Shown here: positions 7,721-16,528 of the stretch, in pieces | Layout of the letters: each line of letters opens with the position of its first letter | Numbering within the stretch: the first letter of the stretch is position 1 | Assembly (NCBI RefSeq): GCF_000007145.1 | Contig: NC_003902.1 | Location: forward strand, 4,016,497-4,048,496 | Reading direction: 5' to 3' | DNA: 32,000 nt | Source of the DNA: Xanthomonas campestris pv. campestris str. ATCC 33913 | GTDB taxonomy: Bacteria; Pseudomonadota; Gammaproteobacteria; Xanthomonadales; Xanthomonadaceae | Program-made: the position numbers and the translations under genes | Notes under the pieces: generated by a model | Databases searched by the model: none | What the model was told of the DNA's origin: nothing | The model's input: only the letters and a program-made list of their open reading frames with translations

Positions 7721-8189
7721 GTGGTGTCTCCCTTGGATTCAGCGCGCGACGCCACCGTTGCGGCGTCGGGACCGCTGCCTGGCAGCGATCGCAGCGGGAC
7801 CCTAGCAGCGCCGCGTCGCCAGGAGCTATAGCGAAACCTGGGGGCCTGCAGGTGCCCAGACGATAGCGGGCGCTACCCGGCAATCGGGGCGTGCGCCCGT
7901 CCTCAGTTCGTCGTCGGCGTGCTGCCACGCCACTGCATCCCGGTCAGGTGGCGGCGGCCTTGGTGAGCGCGATTGCTGCGTTGCCACATCGCGCGACGGC
8001 GCACTGGCGCCGTGCAGTGACCTGCCTGGATAGGTGCTGCGCGCAGCGTGCCCGGGCCATCCGGCAGACCCCGGCGACGCTGCCGCCAAGCCCGTCCCCG
8101 CGCGCCTTCCGACCAATGCCCTTCGCCTCGCGCCCGATTTGCGATAGCGTTCACATCCAGAGACGACGCAACAGCCGGAGGGGGCGACG

Positions 8190-9134
8190 ATGCGCATCGG
8201 AATCGTGGTGGACAGTGCGTGCGACTTGCCGCAGGACTTCATCCAACGCAACAACGTCATCGTGCTGCCGATCAGCGTGCGTATCGGCGAAGCCGTGCTG
8301 GCCGACCATCGCGACGAGGAAGCCACCTTGAGCTTCCTGCACGCGCACGTGGCCGAGCGCGGCCATGAGGCGGAGACGACGCCGTTTTCGGTCAACCAGA
8401 TCCGCGACCTATTCCTGCAGCGGCTGGTCATCGATTACGACCACGTGTTCTGCCTGACTATCTCCAAGCTGCGCAGCCAGATATTCGACAACGCCACCCA
8501 GGCGAGCTTTGCGATCCTCAACGACTACAAGCCGGTGCGGCAGGCGGCCGGGCACACCTCGCCGTTCGCGCTGCGGGTGATCGACACGCTGAACCTGTTC
8601 GCAGGCCAGGGCATCACCGCGGTGGAAGCGGTACGCCTGCGTGCGCAAGGCCTGGGCGTGGCGCCGATCCGCGCCCGGCTCGAGCAATTGGCCGAGCACA
8701 CCTATGGCTACATGATTCCGCGCGATCTCTACTACCTGCGTGCGCGTGCGCGCACCAAGGGCGATCGCAGCGTGGGCCTGATCGGCGCCGCGCTGGGCAG
8801 CGCGCTGGACATCAAGCCGGTGCTGCGCGCCTACCGTGGCGTCACCGAGCCGGTGGCAAAGCTCAAGGGCTTCGAACCCTCGGCCGAAAAGCTGTTCGCC
8901 TTCACCGTGCGCAAGCTCCGCGAGGGGCTGATGACACCCACCGTATGCGTGGGCTATGGCGGCGAACTTGCCGAACTGCACGCGTTGCCGGGCTATGCCG
9001 CGTTGCAGGCCGCCTGCCAGACGCAGGGCGTGGAGCTGTTCGAAAGCGTGATGAGCCTGACCGGCATGGTCAACGTCGGCAAAGGTGCGTTGGCGGTGGC
9101 CTTCGCCGCCGAGCCGCACAGCTTCTCGGCATAA
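8190..9134 (+). CDS. DegV family (fatty-acid-binding) protein (314 aa)
   Basis: The N-terminal MRIGIVVDSACDLP is the DegV signature start. Length and overall pattern fit DegV/DUF194. GGAGGGGG lies just upstream of the ATG. Confidence 0.8.
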   Translation: MRIGIVVDSACDLPQDFIQRNNVIVLPISVRIGEAVLADHRDEEATLSFLHAHVAERGHEAETTPFSVNQIRDLFLQRLVIDYDHVFCLTISKLRSQIFDNATQASFAILNDYKPVRQAAGHTSPFALRVIDTLNLFAGQGITAVEAVRLRAQGLGVAPIRARLEQLAEHTYGYMIPRDLYYLRARARTKGDRSVGLIGAALGSALDIKPVLRAYRGVTEPVAKLKGFEPSAEKLFAFTVRKLREGLMTPTVCVGYGGELAELHALPGYAALQAACQTQGVELFESVMSLTGMVNVGKGALAVAFAAEPHSFSA

Positions 9135-9232
9135 ACATGCGCCTGCATGCCAGCACACGGCAGCAGGCCTCGACGACGCGCTCACCGCCGCTGGCATAAG
9201 GTGCCCGGCACCTGTCATCCGAGTGTGTGCCC

Positions 9233-9571
9233 ATGCCTGTCAGCTATTCGATCAGCCTGCCCGACCCCAAGCTCGCCCGCGGCAGCGCGCCGGCGGTGAG
9301 CTTCAGCGCCAATGGTGCGGAGGCCTTTGCCGAACAGTTGCAGGCTGCCCTGCGCGACCCGGCCTGGTTCGACCGCTGGCGCCAGCTGCAGGCCGACCCG
9401 GACGAGGTGGACCCCAGCCTGGGCGTCACCGACCCGGCGGCCACCGTGACCGGCAAGCAGGGCGACCTGCGCATCGACCTGGTGGCCACCACCAGCATCC
9501 CCGGCGACCTGCTCAAGCAGCGTATGCAGGCCCTGGCCGGCCATCACTGGGAACTGCGCGACGTCCGTTGA
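9233..9571 (+). CDS. Conserved-looking hypothetical protein (112 aa)
   Basis: Very high GC3 along the whole ORF, which argues for real coding. I prefer ATG 9233 over the track's GTG 9227. No signal peptide and no recognisable domain. Confidence 0.6.
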   Translation: MPVSYSISLPDPKLARGSAPAVSFSANGAEAFAEQLQAALRDPAWFDRWRQLQADPDEVDPSLGVTDPAATVTGKQGDLRIDLVATTSIPGDLLKQRMQALAGHHWELRDVR

Positions 9572-9586
9572 CGCGCAGATGACGTG

Positions 9587-9621
9587 CCGGTTTGCGCGGA
9601 CGATCGTGTTGCGCAAACCGG
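9587..9621. terminator. Hairpin between convergent genes (11-bp stem)
   Basis: ccggtttgcgc-N13-gcgcaaaccgg, 16 nt after the stop of 9233..9571 and 80 nt after the stop of the convergent EamA gene. No clear U-tract. Confidence 0.45.
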
Positions 9622-9701
9622 TGCGGCTTCAAGACACTGCCGCGCTGACTCCTCTCCAGCATGCGAGCGAAATGACTGACTACTCGTCATCGTAGCGCGC
9701 G

Positions 9702-10625
9702 TTACCGCTGCAGCACTGCCTTGCCAGTTGCCCACCGTGGCCAGCGCCATTTCAGATTCACCGCCAGCGTACCGCAGACGATCAAGCCCAGGCCCAGCCA
9801 TTGCACCGGCGCCAGCGCGTGACCGTACAGCAGGTAATCCAACAGCAGCGTCACCAGTGGATACACGAAGGCCAGCACCGCGATGGTGGCCACGTGCAGA
9901 TGGCGGTACGACGAATAGAACAGCACGTAGACAATACCGCTGTGGATCACGCCCAGGCCCACCAGCCAGGCCCAATGCAGGCCCGGATGCAGCGCAGCGC
10001 TGCTGGAAAATCCCATAAGCAGCAGCGTCCCGACCCAGCACTGCACGGTGACCACCGCCAACGGCCGCTCACGGCCGATGCGTCGGGACATCAGCAATGA
10101 GGCGCCACAGAGCAGTGCCGCCAGCAGCGTCAGCCCGATGCCCAGCAGATAGCTGCGGTCGGCGGACTGCCACAATCGCAAGGGGTCTGCCGAACACGCC
10201 ACGCCGATGAAGGCGAGCAGCGTCCAGCCCAGATCGGCGCGACGCGTGCGTTCGCCCTGCACCACCGCCGCCAGGATCAGCATCACGAACGGAAACACGT
10301 GATACACCATGGTGGCCACACCGATCGACGAGCGCGCCATGCCGGCAAACAGCGCTACCCAGTTCAACACCAGCAGCACGCCGCTGATGGCCGCATCGCG
10401 TAGCAGGCGGCGCTCGCGCCATAGCCCGCGCAGGTGCCCACCAAGCACCCCGCACACAGTAAGAAACAGTGCGCCAAACAGGCAGCGGTAGAACACCGCC
10501 GTCACCGGGTCCTGGCCGCTTTCATGCACGAAGACGCCAACCGAGCCGATCAACACCTCGGCCAACAGCAGCTGCCAGATTGCGCGGCGCGACGCCGCCT
10601 CCGGTGGTGCAGCCGCAACGCTCAT
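9702..10625 (-). CDS. EamA/DMT-superfamily transporter (307 aa)
   Basis: Ten hydrophobic segments in two EamA-like halves. The start is taken at internal ATG 10625 (MSVAAAPPEAASRR...), which overlaps the PhzF stop as ATGA. Confidence 0.8.
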   Translation of the reverse strand: MSVAAAPPEAASRRAIWQLLLAEVLIGSVGVFVHESGQDPVTAVFYRCLFGALFLTVCGVLGGHLRGLWRERRLLRDAAISGVLLVLNWVALFAGMARSSIGVATMVYHVFPFVMLILAAVVQGERTRRADLGWTLLAFIGVACSADPLRLWQSADRSYLLGIGLTLLAALLCGASLLMSRRIGRERPLAVVTVQCWVGTLLLMGFSSSAALHPGLHWAWLVGLGVIHSGIVYVLFYSSYRHLHVATIAVLAFVYPLVTLLLDYLLYGHALAPVQWLGLGLIVCGTLAVNLKWRWPRWATGKAVLQR

Positions 10626-11413
10626 AGCGTGATCTCCCCACGCAGATAGTGCACGGCGCTGCCACGTACGTAGACATGCGCCGGTGTGACACGACACGCC
10701 AGCTCACCGCCACGCGCCGAGGCCTGCAGCGCGCGCAGATCGGTCTTTCCAAGCGTGCGCGCCCACAACGGCGCCAGCGCTGCATGGATCGAACCGGTGA
10801 CAGGGTCCTCCGCTCCGCCATTGGCCGGCCAGAAATAGCGCGACACCAGGTCATGCGTGGCTCCCGGTGCGGTAATGGCCACATCGCGTGGCGCCAACGC
10901 CAGCATCTGCGCCAGGTCGGGCACCACGGCACGCACCTGCTGCTCGTCCGCGTACACCCCGATGTAGGCCTGTGCGTTGGCATACACCGCCTGCGGTGCG
11001 ATCGACAACGCGGCCAGCAGTGGCGCCGGGACCTGCGTGACCAGGGTCGGCAGCTGATTGGGAAAGCAAATCTCGAACGTAGCTTCGTCCACCTGCTCAA
11101 CACCGATCTCACCGACCGCCGGGGCGCGCAGCCGCAACGGAAACGGTGCCAGCTGCTGGCGCGCAATGACGTACGCACTTGCCAGCGTGGCATGGCCGCA
11201 GAAGCCGACTTCCTTCAACGGCGAGAACCAACGGATGTCGAAGACGCCGGCGTGATCGCGCACAAAGAACGTGGTTTCCGACAGATTGTTTTCGGCAGCG
11301 ATCGCCTGCATCACCGGCACCGGTAACCATGCCTGCAATGGCACCACCGCCGCAGGGTTGCCCTTGAAACGCACACACGTAAACGCATCGACCACGAACA
11401 GGGAAAGCAGCAC
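10622..11413 (-). CDS. PhzF-family isomerase/epimerase-like protein (263 aa)
   Basis: Motifs VDAFT..FKGNPAAVV, FCGHATLASA and EDPVTGSIHAALAPLW are typical of PhzF. The start is assigned to GTG 11413 (MLLSLFVVDAFT), preceded by GCGAGG 7 nt upstream. The track's ATG 11563 would add a non-homologous 50-aa extension and run across the divergent gene's start. Confidence 0.8.
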   Translation of the reverse strand: MLLSLFVVDAFTCVRFKGNPAAVVPLQAWLPVPVMQAIAAENNLSETTFFVRDHAGVFDIRWFSPLKEVGFCGHATLASAYVIARQQLAPFPLRLRAPAVGEIGVEQVDEATFEICFPNQLPTLVTQVPAPLLAALSIAPQAVYANAQAYIGVYADEQQVRAVVPDLAQMLALAPRDVAITAPGATHDLVSRYFWPANGGAEDPVTGSIHAALAPLWARTLGKTDLRALQASARGGELACRVTPAHVYVRGSAVHYLRGEITL

Positions 11414-11469
11414 GTTGCAACCTCGCCAGAAGGCCGGGCAGGTCGCCCGGCACGGCCAGTCTGCAGCGC

Positions 11470-11520
11470 GATACGCGACCAGGACAGATTCAGATACGCT
11501 ACAAACAGACCAATACAGAT
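11470..11520. promoter_or_regulatory. Imperfect direct repeats in the PhzF / MocR divergent promoter region (candidate MocR operator)
   Basis: GATACGC occurs at 11470-11476 and 11493-11499 (23-nt phasing), and a third partial copy ATACAG at 11513-11518. ACAGA occurs three times. MocR/GabR-type regulators are known to bind phased direct repeats. Confidence 0.25.
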
Positions 11521-11535
11521 TTGGGCACCGTACCC

Positions 11536-12945
11536 ATGCTGCTTTACGAATCGCTGGCCACACAGCTGCGGCAACAGATCGAGCGCGGCACCCTGCGCGC
11601 CGGCGAACGCCTGCCCTCGATCCGCCAGCTGGCCGCCAGCCACGGCATCAGCCCCGCCACCGCCGTGCAGGCCTGCCTGCAACTGGAACGCGAGGGCCGC
11701 GTCCAGGCGCGGCCACGTTCCGGCTATTTCGTGCGCGCCGCTGCCGCGCCACTGCCGGCCGCCACGCCCACGCCACGCCGGCGTGCGCCGGGCGTCATCG
11801 CCAACCCCGCATTGCAGGGCGTGTTCGACCTGCTCGCACGTACCGACCTGGTGCCGCTGCACCTGGCGACGCCTGCGCCCGCGCTACTACCCGGCGCACA
11901 CCTAGCCGCAGCGATGTCGCGCCAGCTACGCCGCCAGCGCACTGCGGCACTGGACTATGCACCTCCACAGGGCCACGCCGCGCTGCGTCGGCAGATCGCG
12001 CTGCGGTATGCGCAATGCGGCACCAACGTGGACGCAGACGAAGTGGTGATCACCGCTGGCGCGATGGAGGCAATCAGCCTGACGTTACGCACCATCACCA
12101 CGCCAGGCGATGTGGTGGTGGTGGAGGCGCCCACCTACCACGGCATCCTGCAAGCGGTCGCCGCGCTGCGTCTGAAGGTGCTGGAAGTTCCCAACCGCGC
12201 AGGGCAAGGCATTGACGCCGCGCATCTGGATGCACTGCTGCAACGCACGCCGGCACGCGCCGCGATCCTGGTGCCCAACTTCAACAATCCGCTGGGCAGC
12301 CTCACCCCCGATCACGCCAAGCGCGCCGTAGTGGACAGTTGCGCACGGCATGGCACGGTGGTGATCGAAGACGATATCTACGGCGAGCTGGCCTGGTCTG
12401 GTCAGCGCCCACGCCCGCTGCGGCAGTTCGACACGCACGCCAACGTCATCACCTGCGGCTCGTTTTCCAAGGTGTTGTCACCTGGCCTGCGCGTGGGCTG
12501 GCTGCTCGGTGGGCCGTGGACCGACGCGCTGGTGCGCGCCAAGTATTTTTCCACCGTCGGCAACGCGAGCCTGCCGCAGCTGGCCCTGGCCGATTACCTG
12601 GCGCAACACGATCTGGAGCGGCATCTGCGCAAGCTGCGCCGCACGCTGGCCGACAACGGTCAACGCCTGCGCGATGCGATCGTGCGGCACTGGCCATCCG
12701 GCACGCGCATCGGCGAGCCGGCAGGTGGATTGTCGCTGTGGCTGCAGTTGCCCGATGGCGGCAGCGGCCAGACGCTGTTCGAAGCCGCGCTGGCCAAGGG
12801 CATCGGCACCTCACCCGGCCAGGTGTATTCCAGCCGCGGCGACTACGCCGACCATCTGCGCCTGACCTGCGGCCAGCCGTGGAGCGAGACACTGGACCGC
12901 GCCATGCGGCAGCTGGGACGGCTGACCGCGCAACGCCCGCGTTGA
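11536..12945 (+). CDS. MocR/GabR-subfamily GntR transcriptional regulator with a PLP aminotransferase-like domain (469 aa)
   Basis: N-terminal GntR winged-helix region (LYESLATQLRQQIERGTLRAGERLPSIRQLAASHGISPATAVQACLQLEREG), then a fold-type-I aminotransferase-like domain (...CGSFSKVLSPGLRVGWLLG with the Lys position). I prefer ATG 11536 over the track's TTG 11521. Confidence 0.85.
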   Translation: MLLYESLATQLRQQIERGTLRAGERLPSIRQLAASHGISPATAVQACLQLEREGRVQARPRSGYFVRAAAAPLPAATPTPRRRAPGVIANPALQGVFDLLARTDLVPLHLATPAPALLPGAHLAAAMSRQLRRQRTAALDYAPPQGHAALRRQIALRYAQCGTNVDADEVVITAGAMEAISLTLRTITTPGDVVVVEAPTYHGILQAVAALRLKVLEVPNRAGQGIDAAHLDALLQRTPARAAILVPNFNNPLGSLTPDHAKRAVVDSCARHGTVVIEDDIYGELAWSGQRPRPLRQFDTHANVITCGSFSKVLSPGLRVGWLLGGPWTDALVRAKYFSTVGNASLPQLALADYLAQHDLERHLRKLRRTLADNGQRLRDAIVRHWPSGTRIGEPAGGLSLWLQLPDGGSGQTLFEAALAKGIGTSPGQVYSSRGDYADHLRLTCGQPWSETLDRAMRQLGRLTAQRPR

Positions 12946-12956
12946 ATCGCGGGCGT
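12933..12956 (+). terminator. Hairpin spanning the MocR stop codon
   Basis: acgcccgcg-ttgaat-cgcgggcgt: a 9-bp stem whose loop contains TGA 12943-12945. No U-tract. Confidence 0.3.
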
Positions 12957-13340
12957 ACGCGTTGTTGCCAGAAATCCAGCAGGCACCTGCTCTGTTCGCA
13001 GGTACTGCGCGTCGATGGTTGGAAGGTGATCAACGGCGTCCGCAGTCGTGACGCGATGCGCTGCGGGAACTAAAAGCAAGGGCTCGCAGGGCGACAACAC
13101 TGCGGCATTGCCACCGCATTTAGCAATGGCGCCTTACCGCATCAGCGCGCGCGACACGGCAACCACTACGACACCAAACACGCCGGCACTGCCTCACTGA
13201 GAGCAGCGATCAAAACAACGACGCAACTGCCAGGCGGGAGCGGCGGCCAGTGCTCGGATCGGCATGGCCACCGTACCTTCCGATTCCTCCGCACCGTCCG
13301 CGCCTAGCTGACGATTGCTCGCTTTGTCTGTTAGCCGCTC

Positions 13341-14171
13341 TTAGCCTTTCAGCGCGCGCGCATGATGGGCAATATGCTCACCGATGAAGCTGGCGATGAA
13401 GTAATAGCTGTGGTCGTAGCCGGGCTGCAACCGCACGGTGACCGGATAGCCCGCCGTCTTGGCGGCATCTTCAAATAGCTTTGTTTTCAGCTGGTTTTCC
13501 AGGAATTCATCGGCATCGCCCTGGTCGATCAGCAGCGGCAGGCGCTCGGCTGCCTGTGCGATCAGTGCTGTGGCGTCGTACGCCCTCCATGCCGCGCGAT
13601 CGTCGCCCAGGTACTGACCGAAGGCCTTCTCGCCCCACGGCACCTGGCTCGGTGCGACGATCGGCGAAAACGCCGACACGCTGCGATAGCGGCCTGGATT
13701 TTTCAAGGCGATGGTCAGCGCGCCGTGCCCGCCCATCGAGTGACCACTGATGGCGCGTACGCCGGTGGTGGCGAAGCTGGCTTCGATCAATGCCGGCAGT
13801 TCGTTCACCACGTAATCGTACATGCGGTAATGCGCGGCCCATGGTTGCTCGGTGGCATCCACGTAGAAGCCGGCACCCTTGCCAATGTCGTAGCCCTCGG
13901 CATCGGCGACATCGTCACCGCGCGGGCTGGTATCCGGGGCCACCAGGATCACGCCGTGTTCGGCGGCATAGCGCTGAGCGCCGGCCTTGCTGATGAAGTT
14001 CTGCTCGGTGCAGGTCAACCCGCTCAGCCAGTACAGCACTGGCAAGGGGCCGTCGGCTGCCTGCGGCGGCAGATACACGCCCACCTGCATGGCGCAGCCC
14101 AGGCTCGTGGAGTGGTGCCGGTAAACGTCTTGCCAGCCGCCGAAGCAGGCACGGTGTTCGATACGTTCCAT
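13341..14171 (-). CDS. fghA: S-formylglutathione hydrolase (esterase D family, 276 aa)
   Basis: Strong family pattern: LPVLYWLSGLTCTEQNF, the GHSMGGHGAL nucleophile elbow, DQGDADEFL and GYDHSYYFI. Last gene of the formaldehyde operon. Confidence 0.9.
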   Translation of the reverse strand: MERIEHRACFGGWQDVYRHHSTSLGCAMQVGVYLPPQAADGPLPVLYWLSGLTCTEQNFISKAGAQRYAAEHGVILVAPDTSPRGDDVADAEGYDIGKGAGFYVDATEQPWAAHYRMYDYVVNELPALIEASFATTGVRAISGHSMGGHGALTIALKNPGRYRSVSAFSPIVAPSQVPWGEKAFGQYLGDDRAAWRAYDATALIAQAAERLPLLIDQGDADEFLENQLKTKLFEDAAKTAGYPVTVRLQPGYDHSYYFIASFIGEHIAHHARALKG

Positions 14172-14183
14172 GGGATTCCTTGC

Positions 14184-14223
14184 GAAGAGAAAATCCTGCG
14201 GCCGGGATCACCGGCCGCAGGAT
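14184..14223 (-). terminator. Rho-independent terminator/attenuator between gfa and fghA
   Basis: On the minus strand: ATCCTGCGGCCGG-tgatc-CCGGCCGCAGGAT (13-bp perfect GC-rich stem, 14193-14223), followed immediately by TTTCTCTTCG. It lies 8 nt after the gfa stop and ends about 12 nt before the fghA ATG. Confidence 0.65.
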
Positions 14224-14230
14224 CGAACCA

Positions 14231-14806
14231 TCAGTGCAACAAGCCCTTGTGACGCGCCACGTTGGTCGACAGCGCATCCATCAGCGCCGGCGACAGGCAG
14301 TCGTACGGCGTCAGGCCCAGTTCGGTGAGACGCGCACGCACGCCATCCATCTGGTCCGGCGGCGTGCCGGTTTCGATGATGGACGAGACGAACGCAGCAA
14401 AGCCCGGCGGCGACCATCCCGACTGCTGCGACAGCTCGGTATGGATGAAGTCCAGACCATAGAACGCATGGTCCTTGTTCTCGATCCGGCCATACAGATG
14501 CACGCCGCAACCGGTACAGGCATGGCGCTGGATCGTCGCGCTTTCATCGACGATCTTGAGCTTCTCCGGATGCGCGGTCACGGTGACCTTGTCGCGTGGC
14601 GCAACCGCTACCACCGAGAACTTGGCGCCTTCCGGCTTCCAGCATTTGCTGCAGCCGCAGGCGTGGTTGTGCGCGCTCTGCGATGCCACGTCCACGGTCA
14701 CCTTGTTGCTGGCACACAGGCATTGCAGGGTGCCCCCTGCAAAACCTTCGGTACTGCCATGCACAACACCACCATCTACTGCAGGGTGAATCGACACGTT
14801 AGCCAT
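14231..14806 (-). CDS. gfa: Glutathione-dependent formaldehyde-activating enzyme (191 aa)
   Basis: Colinear with Paracoccus Gfa: IHPAVD...[58 protein letters not shown] and [10 protein letters not shown]. The second ATG of ATGATG is chosen for its spacing to GGGAGG. Confidence 0.9.
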   Translation of the reverse strand: MANVSIHPAVDGGVVHGSTEGFAGGTLQCLCASNKVTVDVASQSAHNHACGCSKCWKPEGAKFSVVAVAPRDKVTVTAHPEKLKIVDESATIQRHACTGCGVHLYGRIENKDHAFYGLDFIHTELSQQSGWSPPGFAAFVSSIIETGTPPDQMDGVRARLTELGLTPYDCLSPALMDALSTNVARHKGLLH

Positions 14807-14872
14807 CATGCCCCTCCCGGTTACGGGTCCCACGTGCGCGGAAGCGGCCGCGCGCCGCTCCTGGCCGTCCGG

Positions 14873-16045
<1,173 letters not shown>

Positions 16046-16321
16046 TCATTTGAGATAGGACCGGACCAGGCCAAGCAATTCCTGCACCCGTTCGGCGCGT
16101 TGCGCATCGGACGCGGCGGCATGCCCGAAGTCTTCACGGATATGCGCCTCCAGTACCTGCGACATCAGTCCGTTGACGGCCCCCCGGATCGCGGCAATCT
16201 GCTGCAGGACTGGAGCGCAGTCTGCCCCTACTTCCAGCGCACGCTCAAGTGCATCGCACTGCCCACGCAGCCGACGCACACGCGCTAGCGCTCGCTTTTT
16301 CTCCTGTGGCGAATGCGGCAT
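16046..16321 (-). CDS. frmR: FrmR-type formaldehyde-responsive repressor (CsoR/RcnR family, 91 aa)
   Basis: The internal ATG 16321 of track ORF 16046..16465 gives MPHSPQEKKRALARVRRLRGQCDALERALEVGADCAPVLQQIAAIRGAVNGLM...LVRSYLK. This is closely colinear with E. coli FrmR and conserves Pro2 and Cys35. First gene of the adhC-gfa-fghA operon. Confidence 0.85.
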   Translation of the reverse strand: MPHSPQEKKRALARVRRLRGQCDALERALEVGADCAPVLQQIAAIRGAVNGLMSQVLEAHIREDFGHAAASDAQRAERVQELLGLVRSYLK

Positions 16322-16338
16322 GCACGGTCCCGTTCCGG

Positions 16339-16356
16339 ATACTGGGGGGTAGTATA
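16339..16356 (-). promoter_or_regulatory. FrmR/RcnR-type operator ATACT-G6-T-AGTAT overlapping a -10-like TATACT
   Basis: The plus strand 16339-16355 reads atactggggggtagtat: a 5-bp AT-rich inverted repeat flanking a G6 tract. It sits 18 nt upstream of the frmR ATG. On the coding (minus) strand TATACT (16356-16351) overlaps it. Confidence 0.6.
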
Positions 16357-16528
16357 TGGATCGAAGACAAAAAAGCCATGACCGCCGCATGACAGACGAT
16401 GCAGTGCGCCGACTTCTAGCTTCTTTCTTCGCAGCGTGGGCACACGTCGCGCCCCAGCACCACAACTCCCCTGCGATGGCATATGCAGTGGGCTGCGAAC
16501 ATTCGGCAAGCTGCGCTGCAGCAACACG

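Noticed and set aside
10622-11563. Long version of the PhzF ORF starting at ATG 11563, and TTG 11521 as the MocR start
   Set aside because: The extra 50 residues are not PhzF-like and would overlap the divergent regulator's start. GTG 11413, with a GAGG ribosome-binding site, gives the canonical MLLSLFVVDAFT N-terminus. For MocR, ATG 11536 gives the usual GntR N-terminus (MLLYESLATQLRQQI).
14219-14231. GGTTCGATCC on the minus strand, resembling a tRNA T-loop (possible tRNA fragment or att site)
   Set aside because: The flanking bases do not form a T-arm or acceptor stem. The sequence is the last codons of gfa plus the start of the terminator stem. There is no integrase or direct repeat nearby.
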